Shown: positions 7,932-18,554, counted from the stretch's first letter. The stretch: 64,000 bases of DNA from an uncultured delta proteobacterium (GCA_963775425.1 CAVZJB010000017.1:64001-128000), one strand, 5' to 3'. Translations and numbers: made by a program. Notes: generated by a model from the sequence alone, not told the origin.

Positions 7932-9574
7932 AGGTCCTGTTCGTCGCCACCAAGAAGAACGAGGACCCCACGGAGCGCGAGCTGTACGAGCTCGACTTCC
8001 TCATCGACGTCCTCGGCTACAAGCGCTCGCTCGTCGACCTCGGCATCCTCACCGCCGCCGCCGCCACCCCCGCCGGCGTCGACGTCGAGATCATCGACGA
8101 GTACGTCGACGACATCCCGTGGGACACGGACGCCGACCTCGTCGCGCTCTCCGCCAAGACGTCGTGCGCGCCGCACGCCTACGCCGTCGCCGACGAATTC
8201 CGCCGGCGCGGCAAGAAGGTGGTGATGGGCGGCATCCACGCGTCCTTGAGGACCGACGAAGCGCTCGAGCACGTGGACTTCGTGGTGCGCGGCGAGGCCG
8301 ACGTCACCTGGCCGCGCTTCGTGCAGCTCTTCATCGAGGGCAAGGCGCCGCAGGTGATGCTCGAGGACGGCTTCCCGCCCATGGACATGATCCCGATCCC
8401 GCGCTGGGAGCGGGTGCCGCACAAGGACTTCATGTTCCACCAGTTGCAGACCACCCGCGGCTGTCCGTTCATGTGCCGCTTCTGCAGCGTGCCCGACATC
8501 TCGGGCAACGACTTCCGCTTCAAGCCCATCGAGAAGATCGTCGAGGAGATCGCCGCGTTCCCGAACCCGGGACCCATCAAGAAGATGTCCAAGTCGATGT
8601 ACGTCGTCGACGACAACTTCCTGTCGCGCGTCGGCTACACCAAGGAGCTGCTCAAGGCGCTGGTGCCGCTGCGGCGACAAAAGAAGGTGCCCGACTTCTC
8701 GTGCGAGACCACGTTCAACGTGGCGCTCGACGAGGAGCTCCTCGATCTGTTGCGCGACGCCGGCTGCACCACGCTCATCATCGGCTTCGAGTCCATCAGC
8801 GAGTCCACGCTCCTGTCCATGGACAAGAAGGTGAACTTCTGCCTGCCGTACGCCGAAGGGCTGGAGCGCATCCAGCGCCGCGGCATCGCGGTGATGGCCA
8901 ACTTCATCGTGGGCTTCGACACGGACACGCTCGGCGTATTCGAAGACACCCTCCGCTTCGTCGACGACAACCTCATCACCTATCCGTTCTTCTCCATCCT
9001 CACACCCATGCCGGGCACCAAGCTCCACGACGACTACAAGGCGGCCGGGCGGCTCGATCACACAGACTGGTCCCGCTACGACACGCGCCACGTCGTCATG
9101 GAGCCGAAGCACATGACGCGCGAGCAGCTCATGGACGGCTACTGCTATCTGTACCAGGAGGCGTACGCGTCGGACCGCGCCCTGGCTCGCCTCGAGAAGT
9201 CGTGGAAGACGCACCCGCACCACGTCTCCACCGCGGTCGAGAAGTGGTTCGTGTCCATGCGCATGACGATGTCGGGGAGCTGGCGCCGCGGCTCCGCCGA
9301 CTTCCAGTCGTACCTCCACCGGGCGTGGAGCGTCATGAAGCGCTCTGAGACGTCCGACGTCGGGCAGTTGCTCTACTACTTCGACTCCGCCCACTTCTCC
9401 GACGTCATCAAGCGCTACCGCAGCGCGCGGTGGGAGGAGAACGTCGCGCTGTTCAAGGACCCGCCCGCCGTCGACGTGGTCGAGAGCGTTCCGCAGAAGA
9501 ACGCCCCCGCCGAGCTCGTGCAGCTCGGCAAGAAGCAGTGGGAGTCCGCGCGCAGCAGGCGCCGCGTGGTGTGA
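7928..9574 (+). CDS. Cobalamin-dependent radical SAM enzyme
   Basis: ATGA overlap at 7928-7931; GGIHAS...GEAD B12 domain; RGCPFMCRFC; VVDDNF; IGFES; TPMPGT. Confidence 0.92.
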   Translation: MKVLFVATKKNEDPTERELYELDFLIDVLGYKRSLVDLGILTAAAATPAGVDVEIIDEYVDDIPWDTDADLVALSAKTSCAPHAYAVADEFRRRGKKVVMGGIHASLRTDEALEHVDFVVRGEADVTWPRFVQLFIEGKAPQVMLEDGFPPMDMIPIPRWERVPHKDFMFHQLQTTRGCPFMCRFCSVPDISGNDFRFKPIEKIVEEIAAFPNPGPIKKMSKSMYVVDDNFLSRVGYTKELLKALVPLRRQKKVPDFSCETTFNVALDEELLDLLRDAGCTTLIIGFESISESTLLSMDKKVNFCLPYAEGLERIQRRGIAVMANFIVGFDTDTLGVFEDTLRFVDDNLITYPFFSILTPMPGTKLHDDYKAAGRLDHTDWSRYDTRHVVMEPKHMTREQLMDGYCYLYQEAYASDRALARLEKSWKTHPHHVSTAVEKWFVSMRMTMSGSWRRGSADFQSYLHRAWSVMKRSETSDVGQLLYYFDSAHFSDVIKRYRSARWEENVALFKDPPAVDVVESVPQKNAPAELVQLGKKQWESARSRRRVV

Positions 9575-9591
9575 CGCGCTAGGATGCACGC

Positions 9592-10242
9592 ATGCGATGC
9601 CCTCGCTGCCGCTCGGAGCTCACCCGCATTCGCGACGTCGACGCTTGTCTGCGCTGCGGCGGCGCCTTCCTCGCGGCCGCAGCGGTCGACACCGTGCGCC
9701 GCGCCGTGGACGACGATGCCCACGCCACCGTCGAGATCGTCGAGCAGCAGGGCGGCCGGCGCAGCGTGAACACCGCCGGCGCGGCGCCGTGCCCCGGGTG
9801 CGGTGAGGCGATGCAGCGCTTCCGCGTGGGGCCCGTCGAGGTGGACACCTGCCTCGCGCACGGCTCGTGGTACGACCGCGGCGAGCTCCTCGCGGTGCGC
9901 GACGCGCTGCTCGCCGGTCTGCCGAGCGAAGAGATCGACGTCGACGCGCCCCCTGCGCAGGCGCCCGCGGCGGCGGCGGCTCGCACGTCGTCGGGCCTCG
10001 AGCTCGATCATGCGCAGCTCGAGCACGCCAAGCGCGCGCCTCCGCCGAGCCCGCGCGCCGGCGGCATCGATCCCGGCGCGCAGGCGGCCATCGCGAAGCT
10101 GCAGGCCCACGAGGCCACGGAGCGCGAGCGCGAGCGCTGGCGGCACCGGCGCCGCTGGGGCTTCGGGCGCCGGCGGATCGGTGACGATCCCCTGCGCGAC
10201 GCGGTCGACGTCGTCGACGACGTGCTCAGCGTGCTCTTTTGA
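9592..10242 (+). CDS. Double zinc-ribbon (zf-TFIIB-like) protein
   Basis: CPRC...CLRC and CPGC...VDTCLAHGSWYDRGEL motifs. Confidence 0.8.
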   Translation: MRCPRCRSELTRIRDVDACLRCGGAFLAAAAVDTVRRAVDDDAHATVEIVEQQGGRRSVNTAGAAPCPGCGEAMQRFRVGPVEVDTCLAHGSWYDRGELLAVRDALLAGLPSEEIDVDAPPAQAPAAAAARTSSGLELDHAQLEHAKRAPPPSPRAGGIDPGAQAAIAKLQAHEATERERERWRHRRRWGFGRRRIGDDPLRDAVDVVDDVLSVLF

Positions 10243-10305
10243 CGTTCGGGCCGGCGCTGTGACGCGCACGAAGAGGCCGGCGCGCGGCGCTGCTATCCTG
10301 CCGCC

Positions 10306-11001
10306 GTGGAGCTTTGCGAGTACGTCCCGGGTGCGATCTGGCTCATGCCCTATCCGATCTCGTTGGCCGGCACGCGCTTCGAGGCGCGCATGGCGATCGT
10401 GCGGCTCAGCGACGGCGCGCTCGTCGTCCACTCACCGGGTCCGCTCGACGACGCCGTTCGCGAGCAGATCCTCGGGCTCGGTCGCGTCGCCGTGATCGTG
10501 GCTCCGGGCACCCTCCACCACCTCCATCTGGCGGCGTGCCAGCGCGCGTTCCCGAACGCGGAGACGTGGATCTGCCCCGGCGTCGAGCGCAAGCAGCCGG
10601 CGCTTCACTTCGACGGCGTCCTCGGCGAGCAACTGCCACCGTCGATGAGCGCCGACTTCGAGCAGGCGCTGGTGCGCGGCCGGGCGATCGCGGAGGTGGC
10701 GCTGCTGCACCGGTCGAGCGGCACGCTCCTGCTGGTCGATCTCCTCGAGCGATTCGGCGACCACACGCCCAACCTCAACTGGATGCTGCGCGCCCTCTGG
10801 AAGCTCCTCGGCACCTGGAACCGGCCCACGGTGGCGCCCGAGTACCGCTTCGGCGGCTTTTCGGATCGGGCGGCTGCGCGCGCCGCGCTCGAGCGCATCC
10901 TCGGGTGGGACTTCGAGCGGGTGCTGATCGCACACGGCGACCTCGTCGAGCGCGATGCCAAGGACGTGCTCCGGCGAGCATGGCGCGCGACGCTCGCTTG
11001 A
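10306..11001 (+). CDS. DUF4336-like MBL-fold protein
   Basis: RMAIVRLSDGALVVHSP, APGTLHHLHL, HRSSGTLLLVD, WDFERVLIAHG. Confidence 0.8.
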   Translation: MELCEYVPGAIWLMPYPISLAGTRFEARMAIVRLSDGALVVHSPGPLDDAVREQILGLGRVAVIVAPGTLHHLHLAACQRAFPNAETWICPGVERKQPALHFDGVLGEQLPPSMSADFEQALVRGRAIAEVALLHRSSGTLLLVDLLERFGDHTPNLNWMLRALWKLLGTWNRPTVAPEYRFGGFSDRAAARAALERILGWDFERVLIAHGDLVERDAKDVLRRAWRATLA

Positions 11002-11028
11002 TGGAGCTCGCGGGCCGGAGGGTCGCGC

Positions 11029-12036
11029 TCATGGAGCGGACGCTCGCTCCTCGTTCGGGCGCGCGTGCGCGAGGAACGCGAGACGATCGATGTGCGCGTC
11101 CATGGCGGCGGCGTCGCCGGTGCGCGCGACGTCGTCGAGGCCGCGGTACAGCTCGAGCACGAACGCGGCGACGTCGAACGCGCCGGTGTCATCGAAGCCC
11201 TCCCAGTCGAGGTGGTCGGCGGGGACGCAGCCGAGGAACGTCGCGTAGCGCATCGACCTCGTCGGGACGACGCCGTCGTGGGAGACGTCGCCCCAGGACG
11301 CGCGGATCATCGCGGCCCCGAACACGAGCAGCGGGTGCATCTCGTCGGTGACGGTGGGCGCGCTCCAGCGGCCGCCGGAGCAACTGCCGTCGACGTCCCG
11401 CCCGGTGACGCCGGCGACGGAGAAGAACGGCACCTGCGCGGGCGGCGGCGGGTGCGTCGCCGCGAAGCGCGCCATCCCGCGGCGCGACAGGTTCTCGAGC
11501 GCGCCGTCGGGGTCGGGCGCGGTGGCGTCGTCTCCTTGCGCGAGCTGCCACGTCACCCCGAGGGTATCGAGCGTGGCGCGCACGGCGGGCATGGGCCACG
11601 TGAGCGCGGTGTCCGCCACGCCCGTCCCCTGGTGCGGCGCGGCGATGGTGGCGACCACGGCGATGCGATCCGCGCCTCCCTGCGCGAGCGCCGCCCGGAC
11701 GTCGACCCCGCCTTGCGAGTGGCTGATGACCACGACCGTGCGCGCGCCCGTCCGCGCGCGCACCGCGTCGATCTGGCGGAGCAGATCGCGGCCGCGCGCG
11801 TCGCTGTCCGCCACCGGCGCGGGCGCGAGCTCCGTGACGTCGACGCCGGCGCCGGCGAGCGCCTCGACGATGGAGGCGGCGAAGTAGTGCTGGAGCACGC
11901 CGCTGTGCCGCTGCCCGAGGAACCCGGGCACGAGGACGAGCGGCGTGTGCGCTTCGGCGGCCGAGGCCGCGCCGCACACGAGCGCGCACGCGTGGAACAC
12001 GAGGAGCACACCAGCCACCGGGGAGCGCGAGGTCAT
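11029..12036 (-). CDS. Secreted alpha/beta-hydrolase (triacylglycerol lipase-like)
   Basis: Signal peptide; LVPGFLG oxyanion loop; SHSQG nucleophile; PHQGT; HDGVV; ADHLD. Confidence 0.88.
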   Translation of the reverse strand: MTSRSPVAGVLLVFHACALVCGAASAAEAHTPLVLVPGFLGQRHSGVLQHYFAASIVEALAGAGVDVTELAPAPVADSDARGRDLLRQIDAVRARTGARTVVVISHSQGGVDVRAALAQGGADRIAVVATIAAPHQGTGVADTALTWPMPAVRATLDTLGVTWQLAQGDDATAPDPDGALENLSRRGMARFAATHPPPPAQVPFFSVAGVTGRDVDGSCSGGRWSAPTVTDEMHPLLVFGAAMIRASWGDVSHDGVVPTRSMRYATFLGCVPADHLDWEGFDDTGAFDVAAFVLELYRGLDDVARTGDAAAMDAHIDRLAFLAHARPNEERASAP

Positions 12037-12253
12037 GCCCGGCGCGTGGCAAGCGCCGCGCCAGGCGCCCGGTGACCGCGTTCACACAGCGGAGGCGCTC
12101 GTGCCCCGTATCCCTCCCATGAACATCAGGGCCCACGGACCGCGCCTCGCCGACGACGACACGAGCTCCGGGGCGGCGCCGGGCCCGGGCCGCGCCCGCG
12201 TGGTGTTTCGCGGCGGAAACATCGCCAAGATCGACGGGGCGGCCGTCCGCGCC

Positions 12254-12320
12254 GATCAGCGACCGGAGGGAGCGGCCGCGCCTGATCAGCGACCGGAGGG
12301 AGCGGCCGCGCCTGATCAGC
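12254..12320. repeat. 30-bp tandem repeat x2 plus partial (GATCAGCGACCGGAGGGAGCGGCCGCGCCT)
   Basis: Identical units at 12254-12283 and 12284-12313, then GATCAGC; related copies at 1400 and 60757. Confidence 0.9.
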
Positions 12321-13428
12321 GCGCCTTCCAGGATCCCATGGGCGAGGTCACCACGCCGCTCACCGTCCCCGCCGGGCCCGCGTCCGCCCCCTGAGCGAGC
12401 CGCCGCTGTTCGCGTCGCGCCGCGCCGCCGGCGGGCCTTCGCTCGACGGGGACGGCGTGGGCGAGGCGCGCGAGCGCGGGGACGTGGGCGTCCATCGCGC
12501 CCGCGTCGCCCTGCTCCTCGACGTCGCGCATGCCGCGCCACAGCTCGACGAGGAACCCGAGATCGTCAAAGCGCACGGAGTCGCCGGCGTCGCTGTCGCC
12601 GAGCGACCAGCCCATCCAGTCGACGTGGTCGCCGGGGACGCACCCGAGGAAGGTGCCGAAGCGCATGCTGTTGGTGGGGACGACGCCGTCGTCGCTCTCC
12701 TCGCCGCCCCTGGCGCGGATGAGGAGGTGGGCCGGGAGGAAGAGCGGGTGCAGCGAGTCGACGCCCGCCGGCTCGCCCCACTTGCCGCCGTGCACGCATG
12801 CGCCGTCGACGTCGCCGCCGCTCACCGACGCCACGGAGAAGAACGGGACGCCGCCGGTGCCCGGGTACCTCTCGTTGAAGCGCGCGCTCCCCGCACGCGA
12901 GAGATCCGCGAGCGCCCCCGCGACGTCCGCGGCGCGATGGCGCTGGTGCTGCTCGTACTCCCACGTGGCCTGCACGCGGGCGAGCGCGGCCTCGACGAGG
13001 ACGCGGGGCATCCAGGCGGCGGCGGCGTCGGCGAGGTCCGTGCCGTGGTGCGGCGTGGCGAGCGTGACGACGACGGCGACCTTGTCCGCCCACCCGGAGG
13101 CGAGCGCCACGCGGACGTCGAGGCCACCCTGCGAGTGCGCGATGATCGCGACCTTGTCCGCGTGCGTGCGCAGGAGCACGTCGTCGATGGCGCGCCCGAC
13201 GGCGGCGCCGCGCGCTTCGCTCGACGCGATGGGCGGCGGCGCCATGGCATAGACGTCGGCGCCCGCGTCCTCGAGCGCCTCGCGCAAGCCCTGGAAGTAC
13301 GGGCCCACGGTCTCGATGTCGCGCCACCCCATGAAGCCCGGCACGAGCAGCACCGGCGACGCCGCGCGCGCCGGCGCCGGCGCGAGCGCGGCGACGACGA
13401 CGAGCACGACGAGAGTGACGCGCGCCAT
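12316..13428 (-). CDS. Secreted alpha/beta-hydrolase (lipase-like), paralog of 11029..12036
   Basis: Signal peptide MARVTLVV...ARA; LVPGFMG; AHSQG; PHHGT; DDGVV; GDHVD. Confidence 0.88.
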   Translation of the reverse strand: MARVTLVVLVVVAALAPAPARAASPVLLVPGFMGWRDIETVGPYFQGLREALEDAGADVYAMAPPPIASSEARGAAVGRAIDDVLLRTHADKVAIIAHSQGGLDVRVALASGWADKVAVVVTLATPHHGTDLADAAAAWMPRVLVEAALARVQATWEYEQHQRHRAADVAGALADLSRAGSARFNERYPGTGGVPFFSVASVSGGDVDGACVHGGKWGEPAGVDSLHPLFLPAHLLIRARGGEESDDGVVPTNSMRFGTFLGCVPGDHVDWMGWSLGDSDAGDSVRFDDLGFLVELWRGMRDVEEQGDAGAMDAHVPALARLAHAVPVERRPAGGAARREQRRLAQGADAGPAGTVSGVVTSPMGSWKAR

Positions 13429-13493
13429 CCCCGCATCGTAGTCGGCCGCGCGCGCGGGCGGGGGACCCGCGCGCCCCCGCCCGGCCGCGCGGA

Positions 13494-15161
13494 TCACCCG
13501 ATGTCGAGGAGCGTCGGCTCGTACCCCTCGGGCGCCTGGAAGCCGAGCAGGTTGAGCACGGTGGCGGCGACGTTGGCGAGGCCGGGGACGGCGAGGTCCT
13601 TGCGCAGGCGCACCGACGGCAACAGCCCGGGGCCCGCCAGGGCGAACGGCACCGGGGCCAGCGTGTGCGACGTGCGCGGCAGGACGTTCCCCTGGCCGTC
13701 GCGCAGGGGGACGCCCAGCTTGTCGCGCAGCGCCATGTCGTCGGCGTTTCCGTGGTCGGCCGTGACGGCGATGACGCCGCCGGTCTCGCGGGTGGCGTCG
13801 ATCAACCTGCCGAGCGCGGCGTCCACGGCCTCGACCGCCTTGATGGTGGCCGCGAGCATGCCGGTGTGCCCCACCATGTCGCCGTTGGCGAAGTTCACGC
13901 GCAGCAGGTCGAACTTGCCGCTCTTCATCGCGGCGATCGTGGCGTCGGCGATCTCCGGCGCCTTCATCGCGGGCCTGTCCTCGAAGGGTGGCGCGTTCGA
14001 GGGGATCTCCCGGTACGTCTCGAGCGCGTCGTCGAAGCGTCCGGAGCGGTTGCCGTTCCAGAAGTACGTGACGTGCCCGAACTTCTGCGTCTCACTGCAC
14101 GCGAAGGTGCGCACCTTCATGTGCGCCAGGTACTCGCCGCTCGTGCCCTCGATGACCGGCGGCTCCACCAGGTACGTCTTCGGGATGTGGAGGTCGCCGT
14201 CGTACTCCATCATCCCGGCGTAGACGACCTTGGGACGGCGCACGCGATCGAACGGCTTGAAGTCGTCCTCCTCGAACGCGCGCGAGATCTCGATGGCGCG
14301 GTCGCCGCGGAAGTTGACGAACAGCACGCCGTCGCCGTCGACGATGCGGCCCACCGGCTCGCCGCCGTCGGCGACCACGAACGCCGGCAGGTTCTGATCG
14401 GAGATGCCGGGCTTGTCCTTGCGGAACGCATCGATTGCCGCGCGCGCCGACGGGAACGTCCTCGCGTCGCCGAGCACGTGCGCCTTCCAGCCGCGCTCGA
14501 CGATGGACCAATCGCTCTCGTAGCGATCCATCGTGACCAGCATGCGGCCGCCGCCGGAGGCGATGCGCGCGTCGACCGGAGCGCCGTCGGGCCCCCGGAG
14601 CTTCGCGAGGTGCGCCTCGAGCTCCTCGACGTACTTGTGCGCGCTCCCGTCGGGGACGTCGCGGCCGTCGAGGAGCACATGAAAGCGCAGGCGCTTGGCG
14701 CCGCGGGCGACGGCGCCGTCGACGACGCCGAGGATCTGGTCGAGGCGCGAGTGCACGCCGCCGTCGGACAGCAGCCCGATGAAGTGGAGCGTGCCGCCGG
14801 CGGCGAAAGCGCCCTGCAGCTTCTTGAACCCCTTGCCCTCGAACAGCGCGCCGGTCTCAAGGGCGGTGTCGACGAGGCTCGCGCCCTGCAGCACGATGCG
14901 GCCGCTGCCGAGGGCGTTGTGCCCGACCTCGCTGTTGCCCATGTCGTCGTCGGTGGGCAGGCCCACCGCGGTGCCGTGCGCCTTGAGCTTCATGGAGCGC
15001 GCGCCGTCCTGCAGGAGCGCGTCGAGGTGCGGGGTCTTGGCCTGCGCCACCGCGTCGAACGCGTCGCCGCTGCCGATCCCGACGCCGTCCATGACGACGA
15101 TGAGCACGGGGCCCTGCGGCTTCTTCAGGCGGGGGTGCGGCGCGAGCGTCAAGTCGGTCAT
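13494..15161 (-). CDS. gpmI: 2,3-bisphosphoglycerate-independent phosphoglycerate mutase
   Basis: [53 protein letters not shown] motifs. Confidence 0.97.
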   Translation of the reverse strand: MTDLTLAPHPRLKKPQGPVLIVVMDGVGIGSGDAFDAVAQAKTPHLDALLQDGARSMKLKAHGTAVGLPTDDDMGNSEVGHNALGSGRIVLQGASLVDTALETGALFEGKGFKKLQGAFAAGGTLHFIGLLSDGGVHSRLDQILGVVDGAVARGAKRLRFHVLLDGRDVPDGSAHKYVEELEAHLAKLRGPDGAPVDARIASGGGRMLVTMDRYESDWSIVERGWKAHVLGDARTFPSARAAIDAFRKDKPGISDQNLPAFVVADGGEPVGRIVDGDGVLFVNFRGDRAIEISRAFEEDDFKPFDRVRRPKVVYAGMMEYDGDLHIPKTYLVEPPVIEGTSGEYLAHMKVRTFACSETQKFGHVTYFWNGNRSGRFDDALETYREIPSNAPPFEDRPAMKAPEIADATIAAMKSGKFDLLRVNFANGDMVGHTGMLAATIKAVEAVDAALGRLIDATRETGGVIAVTADHGNADDMALRDKLGVPLRDGQGNVLPRTSHTLAPVPFALAGPGLLPSVRLRKDLAVPGLANVAATVLNLLGFQAPEGYEPTLLDIG

Positions 15162-15230
15162 CGGTGTCCTCGTCTCGTTCTTGCGGGCGGCAGCCTACAC
15201 GGGGGTGGCCGGGCTTGCATCGGCCGCCGC

Positions 15231-15258
15231 TTGACATACCCCCGGGGGGTATTATGTT
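15231..15258 (+). promoter_or_regulatory. Sigma-70 promoter overlapping a CsoR-type operator
   Basis: TTGACA (15231-15236), 16 nt, TATGTT (15253-15258); palindrome ATACCCCC-G-GGGGGTAT (15236-15252) resembles known CsoR C/G-tract operators; csoR is in the operon. Confidence 0.85.
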
Positions 15259-15264
15259 GTCTCC

Positions 15265-15495
15265 ATGGACACACCATTCAACCTCGCGGTGGACGGCATG
15301 CACTGCGGCGCCTGCGTGCGCCGCGTGAAGCAGGCGCTCGAGAAGGTCGACGGCGTCACCCTCGAGGACGTCGCCGTCGGCAGCGCCCGCGGGACGTTCG
15401 ACCCCGTCGCCACCGATGCCGGCGCCCTCTGCGACGCCGTGAAGGCCGCCGGATACGAGGCGCGGCCGCTGCCGCCGGGGGGCGGCGCGCCGTGA
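15265..15495 (+). CDS. copZ: Copper chaperone (HMA domain)
   Basis: 76 aa, GMHCGAC metal-binding motif; first gene of the cop operon. Confidence 0.88.
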   Translation: MDTPFNLAVDGMHCGACVRRVKQALEKVDGVTLEDVAVGSARGTFDPVATDAGALCDAVKAAGYEARPLPPGGGAP

Positions 15496-17783
15496 ACGCT
15501 CCCGCTGGTGCCGCCCCCGTCGTCCCCGTGCCCGACGCCGCCCGGCTCCCCGTCGTCACGCTGCCGGTCGGCGGCATGACGTGCGCGGCCTGTCAGGCCC
15601 ACGTGGAGCACGCGCTCAAGGACATCCCCGGTGTGCGCGAGGCCAGCGCCAACCTGATCACGCGCACCGCCACCGTCGTCTACGACGACGCGCGCGCGTC
15701 GCTGCCGTCGCTGGTCGAGGCCGTGCGCAAGTCCGGCTACGAGGCCGACCTTCCGCGGGACCGCGCCGCCCTCCTCGAGACCCAGCGCGACGACGACCGC
15801 GCGCAGGCGCGCGAGGCGCGCTCGCTGCTCGTCCGCGCGGGGATCCTCCTCGCCGGCATGCTCGCGGTCATGGTGCTGATGCACTTCGTGCCCCGCGACG
15901 CGCTCTTCGGCGGCGCCCCCGCCGGCCTGGCGCTCCTCGCCGGCACCGTCGTCGTCGCCGGCGTCTGCGCGCACACCATCTTCTTCCGGGCGATCGCCGC
16001 GGCGCGCCGCGGGCAGACCCAGATGGACACGCTGGTCGCCCTCGGCGCCGGCGTCGCGCTCGTGGCGTCGGCCGCCGCCGTCTTGTCGCCGCGCGGCGAG
16101 GGCGACATGTACTTCCAGGGCGTGCTCGGCATCCTGGGCTTCGTCCTCCTCGGGAACGCCCTCGAGGCGCGCGCGCGACGGCGCACCACGCGCGCCCTCG
16201 TGGCGCTCGCGTCTCTCGAGGAGAAGCGCGCCCGCGTCGAGACCGACGACGGAGAGGTGCGCGACCTCGACGTCGACGAGCTCCGCCGCGGCGACGTCCT
16301 GCTCATCCGGCCCGGCGAGCGCGTACCGGCCGACGCCGAGGTGGTGGAGGGCACGAGCGACGTGGACGAGTCGATGCTCACGGGCGAGCCGATGCCCGTC
16401 GCCAAGAAGAAGGGTGACCGCGTCGTCGGCGGTACGCTCAACGCCGCGGGTGTCTTGAAGGCGCGCGTCACCGCCCTCGGCGACGACAGCGTGCTCGCGC
16501 AGATGGTCCGGCTCATGCGCGACGCGCAGGGGCGCCGCGCGCCCATCCAGCACCTCGCCGATCGCGTGAGCGCCGTGTTCGTTCCCGTCGTCATCGGCCT
16601 CTCGGCGCTCACGTTCGTCGGCTGGTGGCTCGCGGACGGCGACATCGTCCACGCCGTGCGCACCGCCGTCGCCGTGCTCGTGGTCGCGTGTCCCTGCGCC
16701 ATGGGCCTCGCGGTCCCCACCGCCGTCATGGTCGCGACGGGCAAAGCCGCCGCGCTCGGCATCGTCGTCAAGGGCGGCGACGCCCTGCAGCGCGCGGCCG
16801 CCGTCGACACCGTCGTGGTCGACAAGACCGGCACGCTGACCGTGGGAAAGCCGCGCGTGGTCGACGTCCTCGCCGCCGCCGGCGGGGACGGCGCCGCGGA
16901 CCGGGTGCTCGCGCTGGCGGCGGCGCTCGAGCGCGGCTCCGAGCACCCCCTCGCGCGCGCCGTCGTCGACGCCGCCAAGGCGCGCAAGCTCTCCGTGCCG
17001 CGCGCGCGCGACGTCGTGGTCACGCCCGGCGAAGGCGTCGCCGGCGTCGTCGACGGCAAGGCGTGTCGCGTCGGCCCCGCGCCCGTCGGGGACGGCGGGC
17101 GCGCCGGCGCCGGCGCCCCCCGCGCAGACGACGGGCTCGAGGCGCGGGCGGATCGGTTGCGCGACGAGGGCGCCACCGCGATCGCCGTCATCGAAGACGG
17201 CGCCGTCGCCGGCATCATCGGCATCGCCGACGAGGCCCGGCCGAGCGCGGCGCCCGCGGTCGCCGCGCTCCTTGCGCGAGGGCTGCGCGTCGTCATGTGC
17301 ACCGGGGACCACCGCAGGACCGCCGCTCACATCGCGAGCGGCCTCGGCATCGACGACGTGCGCGCCGGGATCTTGCCCGCCGGGAAGGTCGACGTCGTGC
17401 GCGCGCTGCAGGCCGAGGGCCGCGTCGTCGCCATGGTGGGCGACGGCATCAACGACGCCGCCGCGCTCGCGCAGGCCGACGTCGGCGTCGCGCTCGCCGG
17501 CGGCACCGACATCGCCGTCGAGGCCGCGGACATCTCGCTGGTGCGCCCCGACCTGCTCGCCGTCCCCGCGGCGCTCGCCATCGCGCGCGCCGCGCTGGCG
17601 ACGATGAAGCGCAACCTGTTTTGGGCCCTGGCCTACAACCTCGTCATGCTGCCGGTGGCCGCGGGCGCGCTCACGCCGCTCGGCGTGTCGTTCACGCCGG
17701 TGATGGCGAGCCTGGCGATGTCGCTCAGCTCGGTGAGCGTGGTGCTCTCGAGCCTCCTGTTTCGCCCGTCGAGGACACCGTGA
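15492..17783 (+). CDS. copA: Cu(I)-translocating P1B-type ATPase
   Basis: GTGA overlap with copZ; GMTCAAC, TGE, CPC, DKTGT, SEHP, GDGIND, YN and MSLSS motifs. Confidence 0.95.
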   Translation: MNAPAGAAPVVPVPDAARLPVVTLPVGGMTCAACQAHVEHALKDIPGVREASANLITRTATVVYDDARASLPSLVEAVRKSGYEADLPRDRAALLETQRDDDRAQAREARSLLVRAGILLAGMLAVMVLMHFVPRDALFGGAPAGLALLAGTVVVAGVCAHTIFFRAIAAARRGQTQMDTLVALGAGVALVASAAAVLSPRGEGDMYFQGVLGILGFVLLGNALEARARRRTTRALVALASLEEKRARVETDDGEVRDLDVDELRRGDVLLIRPGERVPADAEVVEGTSDVDESMLTGEPMPVAKKKGDRVVGGTLNAAGVLKARVTALGDDSVLAQMVRLMRDAQGRRAPIQHLADRVSAVFVPVVIGLSALTFVGWWLADGDIVHAVRTAVAVLVVACPCAMGLAVPTAVMVATGKAAALGIVVKGGDALQRAAAVDTVVVDKTGTLTVGKPRVVDVLAAAGGDGAADRVLALAAALERGSEHPLARAVVDAAKARKLSVPRARDVVVTPGEGVAGVVDGKACRVGPAPVGDGGRAGAGAPRADDGLEARADRLRDEGATAIAVIEDGAVAGIIGIADEARPSAAPAVAALLARGLRVVMCTGDHRRTAAHIASGLGIDDVRAGILPAGKVDVVRALQAEGRVVAMVGDGINDAAALAQADVGVALAGGTDIAVEAADISLVRPDLLAVPAALAIARAALATMKRNLFWALAYNLVMLPVAAGALTPLGVSFTPVMASLAMSLSSVSVVLSSLLFRPSRTP

Positions 17784-18112
17784 AGGCGCGCCGGGCCAAG
17801 GCGCCCGACACCGACGGCAAGCCGCGGAAGGCGCACGGCGTCGACGACGACATCAAGCGGCGGAACCTCCTGCGCCTCAAGCGCATCGAGGGCCAGGTGC
17901 GCGGCATCCAGAAGATGGTCGACGACGATCGCTACTGCGTCGATATCCTCGCGCAGATCGACGCCGTGGATCAGGCGCTGCGCGGGGTCTCTCGCGAGCT
18001 GGTGAAGAACCACCTGCGTCACTGCGCGACCCACGCCCTGCAGGGCCCCGACGCCGAGCGCGACGCCTTCATCGAGGAGCTCGTCAGCGCGCTGGTGCGC
18101 CACCGCCCCTGA
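17780..18112 (+). CDS. csoR: Copper-sensing repressor (CsoR/RcnR family)
   Basis: GTGA overlap; [16 protein letters not shown]...YCVDIL...NHLRHC (C-H-C ligands). Confidence 0.92.
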   Translation: MKARRAKAPDTDGKPRKAHGVDDDIKRRNLLRLKRIEGQVRGIQKMVDDDRYCVDILAQIDAVDQALRGVSRELVKNHLRHCATHALQGPDAERDAFIEELVSALVRHRP

Positions 18113-18203
18113 CACGCCGGATCTGTCGCGTTCTGGTGCGGTGTGCGCCGGGTCTCGGGCCGGATCCGATCCCCGGCCGAGCGTCCTGCTAGGGTGCGGG
18201 TCC

Positions 18204-18554
18204 ATGAGCCGGCAAGCGAAGATGTTCCTCGCCATGCTGACCGACGGCGCCGAGGGCCACGGCCCCCGCGCACCCGACGGCACCCCCACGGGCGCCTGGG
18301 TGTTCGTCGCTGACGGGCGCGTGCGCGCGGAAGGCGTGTTCGTCGACGGCGCGCCCGACGGCGTCTGGCGCGTCTGGGACGCCCGGGGCTTCCTGCGCTC
18401 CGAGTCCTACTGGGACGCCGGCATGCCCTGCGGCCGTTGGGTCACCTGGGACGCCGAAGGCCAGCTCGAGCGCGTCGACATCAAGGGCGCGCACCCGCGC
18501 GGCTCCCTGGTCATGCTCGCCCCCCGCCAGCCCCACGACACCCTGCCCGTCTGA
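18204..18554 (+). CDS. MORN-variant repeat protein (YwqK-like)
   Basis: Repeated GxWxxW/FxxxG units (TGAWVF, DGVWRVW, CGRWVTW). Confidence 0.65.
   Translation: MSRQAKMFLAMLTDGAEGHGPRAPDGTPTGAWVFVADGRVRAEGVFVDGAPDGVWRVWDARGFLRSESYWDAGMPCGRWVTWDAEGQLERVDIKGAHPRGSLVMLAPRQPHDTLPV

Noticed and set aside
4626-10305. RiPP precursor peptide for the rSAM cluster
   Set aside because: Intergenic gaps are too short and no convincing small ORF with an RBS was found; the enzymes lack SPASM/RRE features.
12119-12394. Plus-strand ORF with DQRPEGAAAP repeats
   Set aside because: The repeats are just the translation of the 30-bp DNA element; the ORF overlaps the lipase antisense and has no RBS.
13665-15491. 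N-terminal extension making CopA 1,372 aa (likewise the 3702, 21892 and 26628 extensions)
   Set aside because: These are antisense shadows of real genes in high-GC DNA; better starts with coupling or signal peptides exist.
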